Assembly: GCA_030583825.1 (NCBI GenBank)
Contig: CP129477.1
Coordinates: forward strand, 446,308 to 510,307
Reading direction: 5' to 3'
DNA: 64,000 bases
Source of the DNA: Candidatus Dojkabacteria bacterium
GTDB lineage: Bacteria; Patescibacteriota; Dojkabacteria; GCA-002793355
The position numbers and the translations under genes were made by a program. Under the pieces are notes generated by a model, which was not told the origin of the DNA, ran no database searches, and saw only the letters and a list, made by a program, of their open reading frames with translations. The stretch's first letter is position 1; each line of letters begins with the position of its first letter. Positions 59,201 to 64,000 of this stretch are shown here, in pieces.

Positions 59201-59802
59201 TTCCATCAAAGCTTATTACTACAAATGACGATAAACAGTTTATGAATGTCTATCACGGAGAAGAATTTACTATTCAAACAGACGGTGAGCTTGTTCTAAA
59301 GAGTTTTCCAATGGATCCAGCAGGAGAAACAGCATTATCGTCACTTTCGAACCTTTGGATACGAGTAAGCCCATACTTAGAGTACATTAATTCTACCATT
59401 TTGTTGTTAGGTATTGGGACAAGCCTGTACACAGTTATTGTTAATCCTACGTTGCCAAACTTCCTGCTGATTGCATTTTATTTGGGACTTGCGGTTACGA
59501 AGTTACTTTTGTTCCAAATTCCAACGTCTGGAACGGTAAAAGATGAAAAAGGAGAAAAGGTTGCGGGCATGGAAATTGGTCTCTTCGACGGAGAGTTCAA
59601 AAACTTGGTTACAACAACGTTTACGGATGATAAAGGCCAGTTTTCATTCTACGCTAAAAACGACGAATATACGATAAAAGTGCTGGATTCTCACTATGAA
59701 TTAATAACGGATAGCGTTATGGATGGTGTGAGAGTTCCAAAAGAAGGAGGAAATAACGGAGGAAGAGTCATTATGACTGATTTGAAGGTAAGAAAGACGT
59801 AA
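56284..59802 (+). CDS. large surface protein: propeller-like N-domain, PT linker, TM segments, two carboxypeptidase-regulatory-like (transthyretin-fold) domains
   Basis: 1172 aa; N-terminal TM; TPPTPTPTPTVSPSPT...TPTPTPTTT linker; C-terminal hydrophobic helices interleaved with GVVYDSKTKKPLGRAIVRAINTETKQIV...YTITVTKQGYEF and SGTVKDEKGEKVAGMEIGLFDGEF...YTIKVLDSHYE. Confidence 0.5.
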   Translation: MKLIKSVLLTIVVFSLFLVIPLVSVKLWEASQKYDNTGGGEVLGLGTINSPSLEQLRWIYANGYFEDIAVAPDGSYYLFGIYHDTMDADMTAGEDIIEEINISGIDATSFVSRYNADGSYAWTYVVANSQQGISLKDIDTTPSGELVLFGDFEVNTFDFDLTDGEDIRTRVGNSNGFITVINSNGTYNNTYLIGQTVGAQMDIVTGKIDQITGDIYISIHKGTGTSIDFDPGAGTSLSGIGAGSYLVKLNSSFAFSWSRYITSGYTHDIVIDSQNQNIYMYGRFTGTFNFNNSGSGSPDSRTATGSDPDRSLTKYKTDGSYEWTGVVEDESVMWFIPAFTKSMMAVSPDTGNVYVLHRQFNDTIDVDFGAGVHNVNKVNTTVRGYDPSPYNPVLLQYTPDAELVSATPLVTGQYRLDPTNLGFNSEGDMYLAAMITFADGTPVDLDWSPSGSHPFTPTFFSNYYYSFLSKTNENGVPQWIYPILGGPYAAFVGLDLHNDNVYVSGRYGAGNMADYDPAPGAPVSPPTGLTHIPVFGIYSETVMTYIANLSGSLNVIDVASSLDATVASEVFTSPAIRTVRLLDDSTGLALSDIFTNLQEIRDWTAVQGQTSLAEEKVYLGSIQGNDGVSNMNAWIPIDDVNDNSVVHCPNAISIAEVSVSCPNATKIPGNDSSLLKMEISGQDYWRVSDSQNGGYVSSSEVITPPTPTPTPTVSPSPTASLSPTSSPTTTTSPTPSGSATPTPTPTTTDTLFPTFSPSPTPSDGFVLVPTPTQSFTSGDTTQSCPTIVTFAANKTVITPGTEIILSWSVANATHVDIVPFASNAPFSGNRTETISTNQQITLIATNGTCVREKVLTVTVQPIAPETITSSLVLGFAAIEVATIAASSVAPVVSSSHNMFSFGFAMVDRLRRRYPWGVVYDSKTKKPLGRAIVRAINTETKQIVTSVTDALGVFRIFLKQGTYTITVTKQGYEFPSKLITTNDDKQFMNVYHGEEFTIQTDGELVLKSFPMDPAGETALSSLSNLWIRVSPYLEYINSTILLLGIGTSLYTVIVNPTLPNFLLIAFYLGLAVTKLLLFQIPTSGTVKDEKGEKVAGMEIGLFDGEFKNLVTTTFTDDKGQFSFYAKNDEYTIKVLDSHYELITDSVMDGVRVPKEGGNNGGRVIMTDLKVRKT

Positions 59803-59816
59803 TTATAGGGGAATAA

Positions 59817-62800
59817 TTATTGCTCAATACTGGCTTTTGATTCTTCGAGAAGTCGCTGAATTGCAAAGAATATTTCTGGATGTACCTGCGGATCATTTAA
59901 TCCAATACCATTTCCTTGCCGAAGGCGGAGGAGGGTTGCCTCATTTGTTATTTGATCTAATTGCTTTTCAATTTTGCGAAGCTCTTCATAAAATTCGCCG
60001 GAAGATATTGCGCCCGAAGAAAAACGGCTGGTTGCAGACATTATCCTTTGCAAAGGTGTTCCCGGCTGCGTAGATTGTCTCCATAGTACATCGAGCTTAA
60101 CCTGCGAATGAGTACTTGGCTGTCGGCGAGATAGATATCCTCCTAATTTCTCATCGAGCACTTCAAAAAAGGTGTTTCTTGATACCTGGATTCTCTCAAT
60201 TGCTTCTCGATTCATTTGGCGTTGAACTTCGTTAAAATCAATAACAGAAGGAGTTTCTTCTCTTTGTTCAACTTCCCGAATAGCTTCATTGTTATCCCAC
60301 ACTGTTCTTTCTGGAGGCAGAATGACCATATCCTGCACTTCAATTGATTCCTCTTCTGCCAACCTTCTGTCGAATTCTTCTCCATAGACTTGCTCTCGTA
60401 CGTGAGATGGAAGGTAAAAATTCATAGCACGAGATCCTTGCGCAAGAAAGTGAGGAACACCATCAAGATAAACACTTTTCCCGTGTTTTATAACTTTTAC
60501 AATAGCGTGTGATTGTGCCTTGCTCACCGCATATAAATCGCCCTGCTTTTCGGACATACTTACAGAGTGTCCACTTGCAACGTAAATACCTACATCAGGG
60601 TCGTGAGCGAGTACTTGCCCCACTATATGTGCAACAATTTGATTCGAGAGATTACACTGAACTTTTAACATTCCATTCCGTGGATCAATAAGTGACGGAA
60701 GGTCAGGGACAGGATCGTCGAGGCTAACAATATTTCTTGTTCCATCTACGCTATACCGAGAACTATTTGCGACTGCTCGTGCAAGCATATACAGTGGAAT
60801 CATTTCTGCTCCGTCTGACTTTCTTATTACTATCGCGTTTTCCAATTCTTTGGCAAGTGTTTCTAAATTAGGATCGGTGTCACGGAGTTTTTGAATAAAG
60901 TCTCGCAATGCTTTAATACCTCGTGGATCGGTTATATTTGTTTCTTCTTCCGACAGCATTTCTTGCGCAGATTCCATTGTCACAGCGTAAGAAACATTAG
61001 CTCTGTTTTTCATTTGTTCTGTAACAGGCGCGTAATATGTTCCATCTTCAGCTCGCTTGATCTGCTCTCGAGGAATACGGATACGTTCTGGAGGCTCTCC
61101 CTCTATGGTAATAATAACCTCGACCGGAACCGCCATATGTCCATGGACAATACCAATATAGCTTTGACCTGTTGTGGTAATTGGAGAAGCAGAGTAGACC
61201 GTGTATCTATTCATTCCATTGAGTTGAGGCTCAGGATTGTCCGGCTTGCGGGGCTTTTTATGGACACGTGTGTGGGACTCAATAAAATGTGGCGGCCACC
61301 CTTCATGTACTTTCACGGCGAGGTGGGGAACTTGTGACATTCTTTCAAAAAACTCAGGGGGAAGATTTGAAGCTTCTATTTGGTTATTTGTCAGGTATGC
61401 AATTTCACCCGGCTCATTACCAAAAGGAATACCTATTTCTCCCTGTGCCGGAATTTCGCCTAGCTTTCTTCTTATAGGGTTAAATCGGTCATCGTAGCCA
61501 GGGTAATCATTAGCGCCTCTTCGTACCAATTCGAGATAGCCCGCCATATATGCGACTTCATCTATGTTGTCTGGAGTAATCTCTGTTTCTATAAGGTAGG
61601 GTTCATAAAGATGTTTCAGATTCTTTCTATATGGAGCAACTATTTTTACTGCTCGCTGAAGCGCTATATGTGTTCGGTTTTGCTCTTTTTTAGGGATAGT
61701 TGTAAGAACTCTGTGAACATTCTGAATAGTGTCTGCCATTTTTTGTGCGAGTGTGATCTGTACTCCGACTTTTTCGAATTCATAATCAAATTGCATATCT
61801 CTTGCTGCGGACATGTGAGCCATTCTCAACACGTTAAAAATATTCTTTTCATGAGGGATTCCTGGAAGAAAAGACAAAAATATCTGTTCGCCATCTTCAT
61901 TAAAAAGCTCTATTCTCCCGTTTTCCCGATTTATTTTGACGCTTAGTCCGTTAATTTGTTTTGCAATGGCGAAATCTCTTCCAAATGTATCGAACTGAGG
62001 AGAATCAGTATCCCGCAGTCCAACAATATTGCATTGTGGGCCGATTTGATGAAGAATATCTTTTACTAAATATTCCATTGTTTCTTCACAGGCCTGGATG
62101 AGAACTTCTCGTGGATCTGCCGATTCTACGCCTTGAATTGGTATTTCAACAAAATTTTCGAGCCTGAGCATTGCTGTTCCAATCTCTTTTTCGTACTCGT
62201 GCGGTTCTTTTTCCCGAAATTCTTGAGGTTCTTCTTGTGTGTTTGGGTCAAATTGAGGGCTAGCCTCATCTTCTGGATTACCTGAGCCTTCAGGCTTTTT
62301 CTTCGCTACAGGCCGATATTTCGAGACTTTTGATTCTGCGGCAGACCGTAAAAAGTATTCCGGAGGTGTTCCAAGTACCATAGTTCTTTTTTCTGCTGCA
62401 CTTAAGAGGTGAACAACTCGGAAAAGCTTTTCTACTCTGGGAGCAACAGTCATCTCATCGAGTACTTCTTGATAGAGCCTTTCTTGAAAGTCTTTGCAGA
62501 TTTGCAATCGTTCTTCGTACGCTTCTGTGAGTATCTCGCAGGTCTCAGGTTTAATGGCTTTTCTTCGTCTTTCGAGTGCCTTTTCAAACTTTTCTATGTT
62601 TTGCTCTCGAATGATTTTATTCATTCGTCGCTCGCGATCTGGGATATCGCGTAAGCTTTCTTGTGCCTCTTCTTCTCGGAGCCCTTCGATTTCTGCCTGA
62701 GGAAATGGCGTGTATTGTTTTACTGGGATACCTTTTACATACTTTTTCGCGTATGTTGGCTCAGCCTCTGCATCGTTAACTCCAAGTAATAATTTTGGCG

Positions 62801-63068
62801 AACTAAGTACAGGTGCAGCGGCCTGATAGGGTTCAATGACAATAATTGCTGGCCCTTCGAATGCGTGAACAACGGCATGAGGGAGGAACGCGTCTCCATA
62901 GATATCTTGACCAGGACGGCGATACTCACGGTCAACGTGTTCCATAGCATCTTTTGTAGTCACTTTTTGTGGCTCAGTTTCTTGGCTTGGTTGTGGGTTT
63001 TCGTCGTAATCTGGATTGGGCATATTGCAGTGTAGCATCCCATTCGCTTTTGGCAAACATCGTGACAT
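59817..63068 (-). CDS. large (1083 aa) soluble, charged protein of unknown function
   Basis: Single uninterrupted ORF, no TM, no P-loop, no motif I can assign; E/R/K-rich; codon usage consistent with neighbours. Confidence 0.5.
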   Translation of the reverse strand: MSRCLPKANGMLHCNMPNPDYDENPQPSQETEPQKVTTKDAMEHVDREYRRPGQDIYGDAFLPHAVVHAFEGPAIIVIEPYQAAAPVLSSPKLLLGVNDAEAEPTYAKKYVKGIPVKQYTPFPQAEIEGLREEEAQESLRDIPDRERRMNKIIREQNIEKFEKALERRRKAIKPETCEILTEAYEERLQICKDFQERLYQEVLDEMTVAPRVEKLFRVVHLLSAAEKRTMVLGTPPEYFLRSAAESKVSKYRPVAKKKPEGSGNPEDEASPQFDPNTQEEPQEFREKEPHEYEKEIGTAMLRLENFVEIPIQGVESADPREVLIQACEETMEYLVKDILHQIGPQCNIVGLRDTDSPQFDTFGRDFAIAKQINGLSVKINRENGRIELFNEDGEQIFLSFLPGIPHEKNIFNVLRMAHMSAARDMQFDYEFEKVGVQITLAQKMADTIQNVHRVLTTIPKKEQNRTHIALQRAVKIVAPYRKNLKHLYEPYLIETEITPDNIDEVAYMAGYLELVRRGANDYPGYDDRFNPIRRKLGEIPAQGEIGIPFGNEPGEIAYLTNNQIEASNLPPEFFERMSQVPHLAVKVHEGWPPHFIESHTRVHKKPRKPDNPEPQLNGMNRYTVYSASPITTTGQSYIGIVHGHMAVPVEVIITIEGEPPERIRIPREQIKRAEDGTYYAPVTEQMKNRANVSYAVTMESAQEMLSEEETNITDPRGIKALRDFIQKLRDTDPNLETLAKELENAIVIRKSDGAEMIPLYMLARAVANSSRYSVDGTRNIVSLDDPVPDLPSLIDPRNGMLKVQCNLSNQIVAHIVGQVLAHDPDVGIYVASGHSVSMSEKQGDLYAVSKAQSHAIVKVIKHGKSVYLDGVPHFLAQGSRAMNFYLPSHVREQVYGEEFDRRLAEEESIEVQDMVILPPERTVWDNNEAIREVEQREETPSVIDFNEVQRQMNREAIERIQVSRNTFFEVLDEKLGGYLSRRQPSTHSQVKLDVLWRQSTQPGTPLQRIMSATSRFSSGAISSGEFYEELRKIEKQLDQITNEATLLRLRQGNGIGLNDPQVHPEIFFAIQRLLEESKASIEQ

Positions 63069-63083
63069 ATATTACACTCGTAA

Positions 63084-63926
63084 ATGAATATCACAATACT
63101 TGGAAATGTCTGTATAGACGAGAATCAGTCCGAGAATATTTCTTACCATGGAGTTGGTGGGCCACCGTCATTTATGCATAAAATTCTCTCTCAATTTCCT
63201 TCGGTAGAGCTTTCTATTATTGCTCCGTACGGCGCGGATTTTTTACCGTACAAAAAAGATCTTCCCTTGGTTAATCACGCTACAGAGTTGGAAACATTGA
63301 AATATAAAAATATTACCCAGGCAGGAAAAAGGTCACAGTACGCGTTTAATAGAGAATACGCCATGTTTGAAGACCTTATTCATAGCTATAGAGCAAAGAA
63401 TACCGATGCGGTTGTTATTGCTCCATTGCACGCAGAGCTGAATGCACAGCAGATACGATCATTTCTTGGAGATTCAAATGTTCCGGTTTTTCTTTTGCCG
63501 CAGGGATATTTTCGGGCGTTCGAAGCTGATAATAGGGTTACTCCTCGCGAGTTTGAAGAATATTCTGAAGTATTGAGCCTTGTTAACTTTGTGATTATGT
63601 CAGATCAGGATCACCCCCAATGGATGGAACTTGCAAAGCAATGGTCAAATAATTCCGGTGTAACAGTGATTGTTACCCGAGGGCCTGATGGTGCAACGAT
63701 TTTTAAATATGAGGATGTCATTGATGTTCCTACTGTGCCGGTAAATGAACATGATATTGTTGATTCTGTTGGATCAGGAGATATTTTCAGTATTTCTTTT
63801 GCGTACTGGTTTATTAAAAGCCGAGATATTGTAAAGTCTGTTACGTTCGCAAATGCCATTGCAAGGCAATGTCTTTTTTATGCCGCGGAGAATTTGAAAG
63901 TAGATGTAGGGGAAGCTGGGGTTTGA
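63084..63926 (+). CDS. PfkB-family carbohydrate kinase (ribokinase-like)
   Basis: C-terminal VTRGPDGA and DIVDSVGSGDIFSISFAYW (DTxGAGDxF-type anion hole/catalytic base motif). Confidence 0.6.
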   Translation: MNITILGNVCIDENQSENISYHGVGGPPSFMHKILSQFPSVELSIIAPYGADFLPYKKDLPLVNHATELETLKYKNITQAGKRSQYAFNREYAMFEDLIHSYRAKNTDAVVIAPLHAELNAQQIRSFLGDSNVPVFLLPQGYFRAFEADNRVTPREFEEYSEVLSLVNFVIMSDQDHPQWMELAKQWSNNSGVTVIVTRGPDGATIFKYEDVIDVPTVPVNEHDIVDSVGSGDIFSISFAYWFIKSRDIVKSVTFANAIARQCLFYAAENLKVDVGEAGV

Positions 63927-64000
63927 TCTCAAGAAGTTTTATATTGCGGGACACTGGATGATGCCCTCCTTTCGTCGAGAGCGAACCTCCTCGACAATGT

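Noticed and set aside
63927-64000. Structured-looking 3' flank (GTCGAG-AGCGAACCTCC-TCGAC hairpin) after the PfkB kinase
   Set aside because: It is too short and truncated by the window end; it does not match tRNA, tmRNA, RNase P or SRP RNA signatures I can recall.
1-64000. CRISPR arrays, IS elements/transposases, integrases, rRNA genes, prophage modules
   Set aside because: No spaced direct-repeat arrays, no DDE/serine/tyrosine recombinase motifs, no rRNA-like conserved stretches and no phage structural gene signatures were seen on either strand.

Overview
This 64-kb window is about 40% GC and looks like a compact chromosomal segment of a small-genome, cell-surface-rich bacterium; I infer a Candidate Phyla Radiation (CPR)/Patescibacteria-like organism from gene content only, not from any search. 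About 55 coding genes tile both strands with tight spacing. Recognisable housekeeping genes: murJ, ftsK, trxB with an ArsR-family regulator, an Erm-type rRNA methyltransferase, dnaG, an IscU/SufU scaffold, dnaN, metG, smpB, an ABC-2 transporter (ATPase plus two permeases), an NrnA-like DHH phosphoesterase, a GT1 glycosyltransferase, a histidine phosphatase and a PfkB kinase. Two tRNAs are present: tRNA-Ser(GCU) and a tRNA with anticodon UAU.

Notable content:
- Six paralogs of a two-helix TrbC/VirB2-like pilin module, three of them tandem in a dnaN-led operon that also carries a WecA/MraY-family transferase and a Zn-ribbon SAM methyltransferase.
- One pilin module fused to a ~330-aa extracellular domain.
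- A VirD4/TrwB-like type IV coupling ATPase with no other T4SS genes beside it.
- A 1323-aa EGF-like, Cys-rich, PT-linked surface protein whose N-terminal module recurs in a truncated upstream gene.
- A candidate oriC (DnaA-box cluster plus AT-rich tract) between dnaN and metG, with no adjacent dnaA.
- A SpoIID/LytB homolog, a degenerate M23 domain, a dockerin-like protein operonic with surface proteins, and several large proteins with no recognisable family.

No CRISPR array, IS element, rRNA or reverse transcriptase was seen.
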